A DNA stretch of 59,280 bases, filler included, from Basidioascus undulatus (GCA_000826855.1; 4 parts of 4 records of this genome joined end to end with filler, not necessarily neighbours in it); one strand, 5' to 3'; counted from the whole stretch's first letter, positions 37,407 through 50,583 are shown. Notes: generated from the sequence alone by a model not told the origin. Translations and numbers: made by a program.

Positions 37407-39827
37407 TTGTGCTTCAGGTTCTATTTATATTAATATCAACATTATTTCAAGGGAAATGGCGCCCAAAGACATGAGCAGCCGGAAGACGATGCAGTGCGAA
37501 AATTTATGTGCGAGATGTTATATGAGTGCAAGGCGCAATGTAGTCTTTTGTTCCGTTTTGAAACAGCCCCTAGCCACTTGCAGTCAATCCACGGCTCTGC
37601 TTTCTGCTCCCGCGGTTGAATCTCAACAACACGAAGGATGTGCTCTACTGCCCGTGCATGCGAAAGGAAGTCAAAGATCAAGAAGAGCATCTCAGCCGAC
37701 ATTTTACTGTGAAGCGACACCAACACTGACATGCGCGACAGCAACCCGCCATCGCAGCGCGAGTACAGTACAGTGGTGCCGCAAACAGAAGTTATGAAAT
37801 GGTCACATTGCGAGCTATACATTGTCATAAGGACAGTCCTTGATTGCTTCTCGTTCCCATGATTGTTTCAAAGCCGTTTCGACCGAAAACTGAGAAAGGA
37901 GCCGATGCATTGCTGCTACGCCGTTGCTTCACCACAGTCGTACGTCCTCGCCCCCTCAGCAGTGTGGCTCAATTCTTACCAGCCTAATTTCGTTAGTCTC
38001 AACATACTTGAAAGCTTTCAATAGGGGACTTCTAATTCATCTAGAGTTCCGCTCATTTATCATTCATAGAGAGGAACAACGGTTGTCTTGAATGCATAGT
38101 AGCTTGTATCCTCCCAGTGCGCCCATCCATATGCCCCCTGCAAAGCTTGGCAGCTGGCCACACTTATCCCATACGATCGAGATTAAGCTTATATCTTTTC
38201 GGGAAGAATGGTAATGGACAGACGGCTGTTGTTCTCCTTCAGGTAGTCCACTGTGAGCGGGATCGAATGTCCCTCCGTTGGATCTCTACCTGTTGACCGA
38301 CTTCTAAAATTAGAAGCTTGGAAGGAATGGCGTTCAAATATGCATGTTGTACGTTGAAGCCTGTTGCAGGCAGGGACTGCTGCGGTGGCGAGCGAAAGGG
38401 GGCGCACGGTGGGGTGGCCTCTTCTCGGGGGCCCTGCAGGTCGATCGAGCATCGTGTTCATTGCGGCCCCCTTGGTTGAAAGGTATCCGGGGATAGTATA
38501 CGCCCTCGGCAAAGAGGCTTGTCTCACAAGCTCAAGTGAAGTTGTCCCGTTGGTGTGTGAGCCTCTGAAGGCGGCGAAAGGTCAGAACAAGTCCACCTTG
38601 GTAGATGATAGCAGTGACATTTGCCTTACAATTCAATCCAAACCTGGGATTTTTGTAGATGCGGCACAAGAACGTCCACTGATCTGGGTAAAAGTTGATG
38701 TGATCGTGCGCCAGCGGCGATACTGGGATGTTTCATGTTTCGCTTCCCAACAGGATTGACATTGTCGGCAATTTGTCTGTTGAGTCCACTAATCATGTAG
38801 ATTGAAGGTTTTCAGCATCTAGAATGGTAGTTCTTGGGGTCCAGGTGCTCTTCGGACCCTGTAGATTATCTTGTGTCCGACTGCTGCGCCTTGTCAGTAC
38901 ATCGGAAGTGGCACTTCAAGGGGGAATAGGCTGGAGGCTTCTGCCAACAACTCCATTGATTTATTGTTCACTGCTTCTCAAAAATCTCAGAGAGACTTTC
39001 CCTGAGGGTCGGAAGGCAGGGATAAGGTTATCTGATCACGTACAACGCTGGGTAGGCGACGGCACGCTACCGGCTGCAGCAAGACGCACACCATCTCCGG
39101 CAAGCCCACCGACCCGGGCATCATCATCCGCAAGATGTGAGAGCTCTTCCTGTGCATCTCATCGCTATAGGCCGTGCAAGTGCCGAAAGAGAGGGTGTTG
39201 TTCTGCGGGGAAAGGTCAGCTTCCTTTCTAGAACCGCAAAAGATGGGCAACCCTCGGGACAGTCTCGAGCGTCGTCGGCGACATGGTGGGGTGGCGCCAA
39301 CAATAATAGCGAGGAGCTGTTAGGTCAGTGAAAGTGTATGGAAAGGGTGAGCTTCGATACGAGCTAGTGTAGACGGCCGTGACGGTCAGCCTACAAGTCC
39401 TTCTGCATGTGGTCTGCCTTCGTCACTGGTCTTCTGTTTGGATTCCGAAATAAACAGAAACATGTGTCTGTGTTCACATGGCAGTCTACGTATATATTCG
39501 AAACCACGAAAGCAGCAGGCCACGACAAGCTTCGTGTACCTGAAACGTCTCAACGTGAGCCCGTCCCAACCTCGCCTCGACCTTGCGTCGATACATCATG
39601 GACCGCCAACTTGTATCTTTAATTTGCTGACCAGATACATATCGGCCGGTGTTCTGCACGTCCAGTTGCGGGCGTATGAGATCATGGCGCTATGCCAGCT
39701 AAGCGAGGGTTCCTCAGGCCGCAGACTTCTGCAATAGTAAACGCGCAAGAAACGACTGTCACCATACAGGCCCTGCAGCTCTCCATCTTCCACCTCACCC
39801 TCAAACACCAATCTACAAAGCTCAGCC

Positions 39828-42800
39828 TCACATCCTCTCGTCGGAGCTGCTCTCCTCTTCCTCAGCCTGAGGGGCATCCACAATGTCTTGTTGGCCTGTC
39901 CGCCAGACAAGCCGTTCGCGCTCGTCAGTGTCTTGTCCCGAAATGGAGCCACGGATTGCAAACCGCAACTCACGTTTCGTGAGCCAGCCCACGTCGACGT
40001 CCAGGTCGCTGTCGGGAGCGATCACGCTGCTCGAACTCGAGTGCCAAGCGCCGCTGCCGCCGCCGCTGCTGCTGCTGCGCGACGGACCCGAGGTCGTGCG
40101 GGAGGACGGACCATTGCGGTGCGAGGGCACGGAGCGACGGAGCGAAGACGCGCTCCCTGTGCGCGAGGCTGCCGAGGGGACGCGGAATGTCGACGCGGCC
40201 TTGGGCGACACTGCCGCGGACGGACGGAAGTCTAGAGGCTGGGGCTGTTTCTTGCCGAGCGGGCTGACCGCCTGGGTCTGCGAGCTCGGCACGACGTCGT
40301 CCTCGTCCTCCTCTTCGCTCAGCTCGTCCCCCTCCAGCGCCGCAAAGTCGCGCGGGGCTTCCGCGGGCCGGTGCTTGCGCTTGTAGCCATGCACGACGGG
40401 CGCGCTGCCGCCGAAGGCGAGCTTCGCCTGGCGGAGCGGGGGCTTGGGCGGCGCGGGCAGCGGGGACGCGCCGGACCACGCGGAGGACAGGTCCGCCCAG
40501 CCTTTGGCGGCGGATGCGCGGGAGGGAGCGAGATCGAGGAAGAATTGAGACTGGGAGGAAAGAACGATGCGCGAGGAGGTGGGGGAGCGCTGCAGCCGGG
40601 CTGGCGAGGCCGGTGCGAGGGAGTCGGGGAGCGGCTGAGTGGGAATGTCGTCGTCGTCGTCATCGTTCGGGATGTCCGGGGAGACCGCGCTGTCAGCCAA
40701 CACAGGTGCGGCGCTGAGCTCAGGCGAGGCACTGCGTTTCGCCGGCGCCGGCGTCGAATCCAGAGCTGGGAAGAACTGCGTCTGCTCCCGAGAGAACAAA
40801 GACTGTCAGCCCGCTCGCGCGAAGTGCGAGATTGCTTCGAACGCACCTGCGAAGACTCGACGACATCGTCGTCTCCCGACATCTCCGCATCCTCCCTTTC
40901 TTCCGCTTCGCCCTCCTCCTCCCCACCCTCCTCAGCACCCGCGAACGCCTCCTGGCCGCGCGGCGTGAAGTGCACGGCCCTCTGCCTCTCGTCCCCACCC
41001 TCCTCGTCTTTCCCGTCATCACCAGCACCGTCCGCAGCCCTCAACTCCTCCAGCCTCCTCCTAACTTCCTTCCTCCTCCCCTCCGCACTCGGCCCTTCCT
41101 CCCCAAACTGCGTCTCCTCCACATAACTTCCCAGTCCCTCCGCTCCCGCCTCCTCCTCCTTGTCCCCAGGCGCCCTCCGCACTAGCTCGCCCGCCTCTCT
41201 CCGCTCGCGCAAGCGCGCGGCCGCACGCCTACGCTGCGCGGAAGACACCATCGTGTCGAACTCGAGCTCCTCGGGCAGGTCCGCCTCCGCTTGCGTCTCG
41301 TGCACGTACACCCTCGGCTCGCGCGGCGGGAACTTGAAGTACGTGTCGGCGGCGAAGGACGACGGAGACTCGGCGGGAGGGGGCGAGGACGTGGTCGCGG
41401 GCGCCGGCACGGGCGGAGGAGGGGCGAGCGACTGCGAGGCGGCGACGAGTACGGCCGGCGGGGCGTCGAGTCGCTGCGACATGGAGATCCAGTTATCGTC
41501 TGCTGGGCGCGGAGCAGCGCGAGGGCGAGATGGCGGAGGAGGGGGTGGGGACCTGCCCCTGGACGGGGAGAGGAAGACGTTCTCGGCTTCGTCGGCTGTA
41601 GGACCAGTGGGGCGAGAGAGCGACTGCGAGAGAGTCTTCCATCCGGGGGGCGCGAGAACGTCGAACGAAGGCGGCAGGTCGTCCGAGCCGTCCTCCCTCC
41701 TCGGCTGCTCGCCTTCAGTCTCTCGACGCTCAGAGAAGAGCGGGGGAGCGGGAGGGCTGCCGAGGGACGGCGAGCGACGCGGGGGGGCGGCAGGCTGGCA
41801 AGCTAAGGAGGGTGACCGGCAAACGGGTGAGGGGGACGGAGATGGTGCGAAGGAGAGGCTGCGGCTGCGGCTGCGACTGCGCGAGGTGCTGGTGCGGACG
41901 CGGGGCGGGGTGGACAGCTCGGAAGCGTTCTCGTCGACGTCGGAAGAGGGGATGCGCTGCGTAAAGACGGGCGTCAGTATGAGCGGGTATGTATAGTAAA
42001 TAGATGGGAACGCACGTCGTCCTTCTGCCTCTCCGCCTCGAGAAGCCTTGCCAGAAGCGATGGGCCCTCCTGGGCCTCCCGCTGCGCCGCGGACTGCGTC
42101 TCGTCGTCATCTTGTCCCCGATCGCGACGCGGAAGCGGCTGGGTCGGAACGCGAGGACGAGCAGGCGACTTGCGCGGCGGCGGCGGCACGAGGAGGTCGG
42201 ACCCGCTCGCGGTCTTCTTGATCCTCGGCATGATGTCGCGCTCGAAGTTGTCTGTGTAGCCCATGAGGTCCGCGATGAGCGCGTCGAGCGATTTCTTCGA
42301 CTTGCCGGCCTGCGGCTCCGCCTCGTCGTCATGCTCATCCTCGTCCGTATCGCTCGGCGGGCCGGAGGCGCCAAAGGAGCCCCTTCGCCTGTCCTCGTCG
42401 GCGTCCAAGATGGCGCTGATGCTCGGGAACATGCTCTCGGCGCGCCGCCGCTTCTGGTGCCGCTCAACCATAAGCTTCTTGCCCTTGATGCGGTCCAGCC
42501 GCTCCGAGCAGCGCTGGCTCTCATCCTCCGCCTCCTGGAGCGCCGCGGCGCGCATGCGTGCGAGTTCACGCTTGGCGCGCGGGTCGGCGAGCGCGCGGGC
42601 GAAGGAAGACGGCGAGGTGGGCGTGGCGATGGGGACGGACGGCTCGGGAGGGGAGGAGACCGGCCCGCGGAGGGGCTGTGGCGAGTTTGGCGCGACGGCG
42701 GCGCGATCGCGGCGGGATGGGGAGGGGAGGAAGCGGGGAGGGGCAGGGGCAGGACGGAGGAATGGGGAAGAAGTGTCGCCCTCGCCATCCGAGTCGTACT

Positions 42801-43233
42801 CCATAAGCCGTCGCCTCTTCGACGGCGGCTTCTCCTCGTCCTCGGCGCGCTCATTGCCCTTGCCCTTGCCCACGCTCGGGCTATTGCGCGCCTCCTTCTC
42901 CCTCAACGCCGTCCGCCCCTCCTTGAAGCTCAGCCTCCCTCCCTTGCCCTGCTCCTTGCCGCGCTCCCCAGTTACAGGCGTCGGGAAGAACGAAAGCGTG
43001 GTCTGCTTCGTCGCCGTCACGCGTGGACGCGGCTTGGACGTGGACGCGGGAGGCGAGTCAGCGTGGACGCGGAGCGAGCCATTCTTGGTGCTGCCCGTCG
43101 GCGGAGTAGGGAGCGCGCTGGTGCCAGGCTGGGGTGTAGGGGCGAGGATCGACTGCCGTGGCTTGGATGGGCGCTTGTTCGCCTGAATCCAGCCCGTACG
43201 GGCGGGAGGCGTGTAATCGCGCGGGGGCGGCAT
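39828..43233 (-). CDS. Large (~1050-1100 aa) intrinsically disordered protein rich in SQ/TQ motifs, 4 exons
   Basis: ORFs 41974-43233, 40319-41482 and 39828-40799 are joined in frame by GTGCGT/GTGAGT...CTGAC...CAG introns (e.g. 42015-41957). Pro/Ser/Glu/Arg-rich, with no folded domain recognised. Confidence 0.75.
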
Positions 43234-44456
43234 CTCGCTGATAAGAGCGGAGGACGTGTCAGAGGGCCATTTCTACACGCATATACGTGGCATCGGCGCA
43301 CCTAGGCCGTTCCAATGCCGTACCACCACAGGATAAGTTTACAGTGCCCGTTTCTCGAGCGGAGATGAGGCTGTGGCGCTGAAGGGAAGTTGAGGGAAGG
43401 AGGTCAAGCCGTCGCGCGTGAGCGACGCGTCCCAATCAAAGCTTCAGGCCCCTCTGGACAATGATACTCACCTTCAGGACTCCGCAGGGGTCCACAATAG
43501 AGTCCAGTAATGCCGCCAAATGTATTTTTGAAATACTGGAAGAGGGCCTCAGAGCTTGGTTTGTCTTGAGGGTGGTCCGCGAGGAGAAGGCCGTGGTATC
43601 TGGTCAAAGTGCAGACACGCGCGTCCGCGATTGACAGGCCATCTGTCTACGTCATCTCCTGACAGAAGTTACTTCTCCTGCTTGTCCTGCAGATTGTCTT
43701 GCATGCTCTGCTGGTTAATCCTTCTTAGGCGTTCACATTCTCAGGGGTTTTAACTCCTCTAACTCCTCTAATTGGTTTGGCCCTCAGTATTACGAGGCGA
43801 CGACCTACGCATCGATACCGGTGCCCGTTCCAGTACGGTGTTAACCCACCGCAACATTACATACGGTTCTTGCAATGCCAACTCAAGATGGTTCATTTTT
43901 CTACAAAGTAAGGGTTTTGAACTTCATTCTCTCAGTTCTTCGCCCTTCAGTCATCTGGCGACATTCTGCATGGCTTCCCTTCCCAATCTTCCCAAAGCTG
44001 TGCAGCTTTTCTTTGTCCAACATCTACTCGCAAAACCGCAATATCGTGGCCAGATCCAGGATTCCAGTCCATGAAAGAGGTCCCCCCCTTGGGTCCAAGC
44101 AAATAATCGAGTCAACACTCTCCAGTCCCTTTCAGTCTTTAGTCGGAGTGCTGCAGCGAGCGGCAATCGCCTCACCCGAACACCTGGCACTCCCAGCACG
44201 CCCAAGCAAAAACTCGTCTGGAGGTTTGGTGTCCCTTTCCGTCGACCGTTCTTTATCAAAGTACATGTGTGGGTAACTCAAACATATCAAAGGTTCTTTG
44301 ACGTCCTCTTGGTCCAAATACTTGCAAGCATTTATATCTGGCAACTGTGCCTCGCATTTCGCACCTTTTCATCCAACACACAGCTCCTTAATATCATCGG
44401 AACCCAGCTCCTTGATCATATTTAAGATGTCCTCTCCCCCTCCCCCGCCCTCCCTT

Positions 44457-44556
44457 NNNNNNNNNNNNNNNNNNNNNNNNNNNNNNNNNNNNNNNNNNNN
44501 TTAATTAATTAANNNNNNNNNNNNNNNNNNNNNNNNNNNNNNNNNNNNNNNNNNNN
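44457..44556. other. Artificial contig-joining spacer (N44-TTAATTAATTAA-N44)
   Basis: Same 100-bp structure, with the 12-mer at 44501-44512. Confidence 0.98.
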
Positions 44557-44670
44557 CTGGGATTTGCGACATAGTCTTAGATATGAGACTCAGCAGCATC
44601 AGGCCGAGTTTTCTCCTCTTGCCCTCATATCGCTCCCCTTCCTCGAATCTTCCTCCTCTCCAAACTCAGC

Positions 44671-45884
44671 ATGTCAGGCCCAGACGACCCCGCCTCGCAA
44701 CTCTCGACGATCTTTCCCTCCCCGCCCGCGCACTATGCCGCGCACGCGCCCGCCCTCCGCCCGCTCCTCGCTCACCTGCCCCCGACCCTTCCCCCGGGCG
44801 CAGCAGCGCAGAACGACTTTCTCCGCGCGGGAGGATACCTCACTGATGCGGACGAGGATGTGCCGTTTGACCTGAGAGAGGCGCTTCAGCCGCCGAGGGT
44901 GGACTGGATCGTGGAGGACGGGGGGTACGACGTTTATGGCGAAAGATGGCCGGTATGTTGGGCAGCGTTGCGAGCGCGAACATGGGAAGGCACTGAGGCT
45001 GAGTAATGTGGTGCTTGGATACGGAGGGTAGATACCGGAAGTGCTGCCCGGGCTGGAGGAGATGGGGATGCAGCAGCTGTACCCGAAAGACGTGACCGGT
45101 GCGTCGTCTTCCTTTCCTCGTCCTCCTGCTCACTTCGACCGCTCACTTTCACTGCGCCTTACAATAGATCGCAGACCAGCTCTTCACTCCCTCCTTCGAA
45201 CGCTTCTCCACACCCACCTTTCCCTGACACGCACGCTCCTCGAGCCGCCGCCCCCGCTGTCTGAAGACCCGTTCGCGCAGGTGCAAGAGAAGGTGGGTCT
45301 TGGGTCTCATTGTTCCTTCCCGTATCCTCTTCATTTGTTGCTCTATCAAGGCTTACTTGGCGCACCCGCTCGGATCTTTATCACAGGTCAACCACATCCA
45401 GAAAGCCGCGATCAACATGCATCACCTCCTGAACGAGCTCCGGCCCGTCCAAGTACGTCCTATTGCTCCTCACTTCCCTCTCGGCCTTGTACTCTCTCGG
45501 ACGTGTGTAGCTCATCTGTTGACCGGCGGTCTTGTAAAAAGGCCCGTGAAACTCTCCTCCATCTCGAGCGCGCGCAGCTGGACCGAAGGCGGCGTGAGAC
45601 GCGCGAAATGCGTGAGACGTGTGCGCGCCTGCGGGGGGTCCTGAGCGCGCTGAAGGAGGTGCGTCCTGTTTATATATTCATATATTCCTTGTGAAAGCAG
45701 CAGTTGCTGACCTCCATGGGCAAAACGAATACAGGAGGAGCAGTCCGCCGCACGGGCACGCGAGCTCGCGCAGGAAGAGGAAGGGCGGAAAGCGGAGGAG
45801 GAGCGCGCGCAGGAGAAGGAGGAGCGGGAGAGGGAGGAAAGTGCGGGGGAGGTGCTGATGGGATTGGTGGATGCTGTGCGGTGA
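44671..45884 (+). CDS. MED7: Mediator of RNA polymerase II transcription subunit 7
   Basis: IFPSPPAHY, LQPPRVDWI...YDVYGERW, LPGLEEMGMQQLYP, DRRPALHSLLRTLL and INMHHLLNELRPVQ-ARETL are Med7 signatures. Five introns. Stop TGA at 45882-45884. Confidence 0.92.
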
Positions 45885-46918
45885 TTGATGGATGGCTGGT
45901 TGCGGAAATGAGCGAGTGAAGCGGAGACTACTGCAAGACACTCTTAAAACAAGAGAAAGTAGCAGTAGACCATTGGCTGACCACGTATAAGATGCTCGAC
46001 CACAAATTTCCGTAATTGATACCTTAATCAAACTGACTCTGCCGCCGAAGAAGTGCCGCTGGTGATGGCCATCCGGGATATCCGCTTTCGGTACTTACTT
46101 TCCTTGACCACGGACCGTTCCCCCCCCCCCCCCCGCCCCATTTCGTCCTTGATGAAATTTCATCGACATCAAGCATGGAGCAAAGCCTTCTTCTGCAAGT
46201 CCTTGTACACGATCCTGTGCTTCTTCCAGTGCCTGCAAACATGGGATCTCCCGCGCGTCCGTCAGCGTTCGGAGCTGTCTTCCGCACGGAGAAAAGAAAA
46301 GGCGCACCCTTTCTGATGTTCCTTCGAGCAGTACTTAACTCACATTTAGCCCCTGCACATCTTCACCGCAATGTCACCGCATCCAGGCAAGGCACACCGT
46401 TCCTCGCCCGCGCGCTCGTCCCCGGTCAAGCGTTCCGCCTCCCTTGACAGATGAGACCATCACCGACCACCCAGTGAGCCGAAGCTCTTCCGAAAGACCG
46501 TTGAACACGTCGGTCGCGCGAGTCAAGCGCTCGGGCTCCATGCCGTCCGAAGTGAGCACGTGCGGGATCGAGCGGCGCTGCAGGGTTGCGGATGCGCAAA
46601 CCCACTGTGAGATCCCAGAGGAGAAGGCGCGAAGAAGTGATAAAGGTGACAGAGACGCTCAGAACGACAGCGATACGAGAGAAGATCCAGAACCTCAACC
46701 AAATCGCCTCCAAAAAAGCAAGGCTTACACAGCTGAACGTCGGGCAGATGTCGGATGCGGGAAGAAAGGCCGATGAAGAGATCCGAGAGCCCTACATCAA
46801 TCCAGCTGCCGCTTGAACAGTATCGTTGAAGCGTGAGCGGGGTTGACCCGCAAAGAAGCTGCGCTTAAGAACGCAGGCTGAGAATGTGCTGAAGATCGTC
46901 GCCTTTGGGACCGCTACC

Positions 46919-46926
46919 TGACGTCA
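46919..46926. promoter_or_regulatory. Perfect CRE/ATF palindrome (TGACGTCA) upstream of the Ish1/Msc1-like gene
   Basis: Exact 8-mer about 180 bp upstream of the ATG at 47105. Function is inferred only. Confidence 0.4.
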
Positions 46927-47104
46927 TTTCGACGCGCGGTCATGGATTCGTGCTCCTCCCGCACTTTCGCTCACCAGTTCCTTCACACCTTTTGGAGCCA
47001 GACCGTTCTTTGCATCTTTACCAGTCACCACAACCATCCCAACGCACCCAATCTCACGACTGTTACAACGCAACTACACCCCCAATCACTAGTCCATAAT
47101 CACC

Positions 47105-49130
47105 ATGGTCCGCATCTCCGCAATCGCAGTCTCCGCCCTCGTCGCGTCTACCAGCCAGGCGAACGCCAAGTGGTTCGGGAGCGACAACGATCTCAAGGAC
47201 ACGGCCGTGAGTATCTCAAATGGGGGGCGGAGATATGGAGCAGCGCGTTGAAAGGGTGAAGCGGGACCAGAACTGGAACGCGGGTCGTCTGCAGCAGTGG
47301 CTTATCGACCACGGCATCAAGGCGCCCGACACCTACTCGAAGGTGCGTCCTACTTACTCTAGATTTGGTGCTCTTGATCTCCCATACTGATGTCTGATGT
47401 TGCGGAAATCCAGGACCAGCTTCTCGACCTCGTCAAGGCGAACTGGGAGTCGGTCGTCGGCAGCCACAACAAGCGCAACCAGAACTTCCTCGGCCAGATC
47501 AAGGAGGGCGCGATTGACACCTGGGACGAGTCCACCCTCCGCCAATTCCTCCTCGAGCAGGGCGTCGTCGCGCCCAAGTCGACTAAGGAGGAGCTCCAGG
47601 TTCTCGCTAAGCAGCAGTACGTCCCTTTACCTCTGCGACACTGCGAGGCTGTTTCGCTGACCGACGTCCTTCCCCAACAGCTACTCCTCCCTCGCCGCCT
47701 CCGCTACCTCCCTGTCCTCCCTCCTCTCCGCCTCTGCCACCTCCGCCTACTCGCATGGAACCGCGTCCGTGACGTCCGCCGCGTCGGCCAGGTCCGCGTC
47801 CGCGTCTTCGGCTGCATCGTCCGCTGCCGCTCGCGCGTCGGCCAACGCCGACTGGGCGTACAACGCTGCCCTCGGCGAGCTTCAGGACTCGCGCGACTAC
47901 GTGTACAGCACGTGGAGCGACAACGATCTCCGCGCGTACCTCGAGAAGAAGGGTGTCATCAAGCCCAAGAGCCAGCAGCGCCGCGAGGAGCTACTCAAGC
48001 TCATGAAGGACCAGTACGCCAAGGTGGCCGACCCCGTGTACGAGGCGTGGAGCGACAACTACATCGTGCGTCGATCGTTGTCCCGTTTCGCATTGCGGCG
48101 CCCCCCTTCTGACCTCGCTTGCTCCTCCCTCAGCGCGACTGGCTCATCGCCAACGGCGTCGTCAAGTCGAAGGAGGCTAAGACGCGCGACGACCTACTCA
48201 GGCTCATGAAGGATAACTACTACGACGCGAAGTCGCACGTCTACAGCACCTGGACTGACTCGCAGCTCAAGGACTGGCTCGTCAAGCACGGCTACCTCAA
48301 GTCGGACGCGCAGGTCAGCCTTTCATCCTCCCTCCCCTTCCATCCTCCCTCTTCCCCAATCCCTGACTCCCGTTGTGCTCACTGCTCCGCCAGCACCGGC
48401 GTTCGCTCCTACAGAAGACGCGCGATGAGCTCCTTAAGGCGGTGTCGGACAACTACAACAAGACGCACGACACCATTCTCGACGCGTGGAAGGACTCGGA
48501 CCTCCACGACTGGGCCGTCCGCAACGGGTACATCCGTTCCGACGCGAAGGTCAGGCGCGACGAGCTCGCAAAGCTCTTCAAGGAGAAGTTCGTGTTTTCC
48601 CTTCCCACTCCTCTCCCGTTCCATAGTTCGCTCACAGCTGTTCCACCTTTCTTTCCGTCTCAGGTACAACGACACCACGGCGCCCTACCTCTCTTGGACG
48701 GACGCGCGCCTGCGAGGGTGGCTGCGTGCGCACACGCCGAACACGCCGGACCTCCCCAAGGCGCGCAACGACCTCCTGCGCGAGGTGCGCCTGCGCTGGC
48801 ACGAGGCGCAGGGCGCGGGCGAGCACCTGCTCGAGCGCATCCGCTCCATCATCAACGGCGGCGTCCAGATCGCCGAGGACAAGCTCAGCCAGACGCTCCA
48901 GATCCTCACCGGCGGCGCCCAGCGCGCGGCAGACAGCGCCGCCGGCAGCGCGGACCACCTCAGCGCCAGGGCGGACGAGGCGGCTAAGTCGGCGTCGAGG
49001 TGCGCTGCTTGGACTGCCTGTCCCTCTCACAATAGCTGAGCTGACCGCTCCGTTGCTCCTCCACAGCGCCGCTTCCAGCGCCTCCTCCCTCGCCTCTAAG
49101 GCCTCCCAGTCTGCAAAGGAGGAGCTGTAA
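47105..49130 (+). CDS. Ish1/Msc1-family stress-responsive nuclear-envelope/ER-lumen protein
   Basis: Signal peptide MVRISAIAVSALVASTSQANA. Repeated units DTWDESTLRQFLLEQGV, STWSDNDLRAYLEKKGV, STWTDSQLKDWLVKHGY, DAWKDSDLHDWAVRNG and LSWTDARLRGWLRAH. C-terminal KEEL* is an ER-retention-like signal. Confidence 0.9.
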
Positions 49131-50583
49131 GCTGCTCGAACGCGCTCGCTTGACCCATCTTTTGACACTTTCCGACCTCGCACTTCGCCGCTCTTCCATC
49201 CTCCCCCCGACCCCCTTTTCTAATCCTTGAACGCATTCTTATACTAGTCAACTAGTTTGTCCGCGCAAAAGCTGCACAGCCATGTCCTGTAGTTACTGTG
49301 AGTATAATGTCAGTTATGATAAAGATTATGAAGCCTTGAAACGTAGTCGCTTGAGACCGCTTTGTTCCGGACTGATACTGCGACTCGGATCAGCTTTCAT
49401 GAGACCTCTGCTCGCTTTGACAACTTCGCGCATCTCTTCGGCGCCGAGATACGGCATACTCTGATCTGCAGAAGAAATTGAATGCTACGTTGGGTTTTGT
49501 GGTGAATGCAGGGGGACGACCAGCGCGACGCACCCTCATTCCAGTAAAAAGTCACTCCTCCTTGCTTGCGCTCAACTCTGTCGAACTACTCGGCAGTTAT
49601 ATATGTCTCTTCCGCAAGATTTCTTCCGCAAGATTTTTAAGTGACAATCAGGAAAATAAAACAAAAGGTGGCATGCACCTTCAGGAGGGCGGAGCGTGTG
49701 CAAGCGAGGAATTAATGGTGTGGTCCCTCGCGGCAGGCGGTGGTGTGCTTCCTGCGAGCTCATTTCCTGCTGACTTGCAACTCAACAATCTTTGTTAACT
49801 TCCCAGCAAACCATCCTCTCCCAATTCTCTCTCTGTGACTCGCTTTCCCCTTGCAGCTCTTGGAAGCCTCTCGAGGCTCACATCTCTCCACAGCACGTTC
49901 TACGGAGCGAAGCTGTCGATCGATACTGCCAGCTGCAGGAAGCCGCTCTTCAGTAGTCCGTTTATTTCTGCTCTTTAACCCATAAAGGTTTCATTCAAAC
50001 GCCTTCCCAGAGCTTCCCGTCTCCTGATACCATGGCTCGACTGTACCATGCGGGGGCTACCGTCCACAGCAACAGAGTTCCGAACGGTCTAAGGACCTGC
50101 ATTTCCTGGCCTGACTTAATAAGTCGCGACATTATCATTAGTGCTTTTCTCAAGCTCCCTTGTGCTCAGTTCCGAGGCTGATGCTGCTCCGGTCATGTCG
50201 CGCTTAATTGCGGACCGTAAAACGCACTTACTCATCGGCTTTACCTCTTTCAAATAGTAGTCCCAATGTCCCACATGAGCAATGTTTGGGCTGGCGTGCA
50301 GTTAGCAGCAGACAGTGAATACGCAATGCCTCTCACAGTCCTAGTGCCGCCACTCAACCATACAAGCAGGGTCCCTCTCAGCTGGCATTATCACCTCCCA
50401 CATCCACGCGCATCCCCTATCACCGAAGCGGACAAGCCCATGCTCGTCGTGCTCGAGCTGCTCCTCAGGTGATCTCTCGTCGTAATTATCGCAGAAGGCA
50501 GGGTGATACGGAACTCGTAGTTCAGACTGTGTAACAGCTTGTGAGCTCAATTATATACCAATCTGCGGAAAGAACTGTAGGGC

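Noticed and set aside
40371..43305. Long plus-strand ORFs (251-433 aa) antisense to the SQ/TQ-rich gene
   Set aside because: These are shadow ORFs expected opposite GC3-rich coding sequence. They show no independent motifs or splice signals.
43400..44456. Possible transposase or retroelement relic in the lower-GC end of contig 3
   Set aside because: All frames are interrupted, and I could not identify any DDE, RT or integrase motif or terminal repeat.
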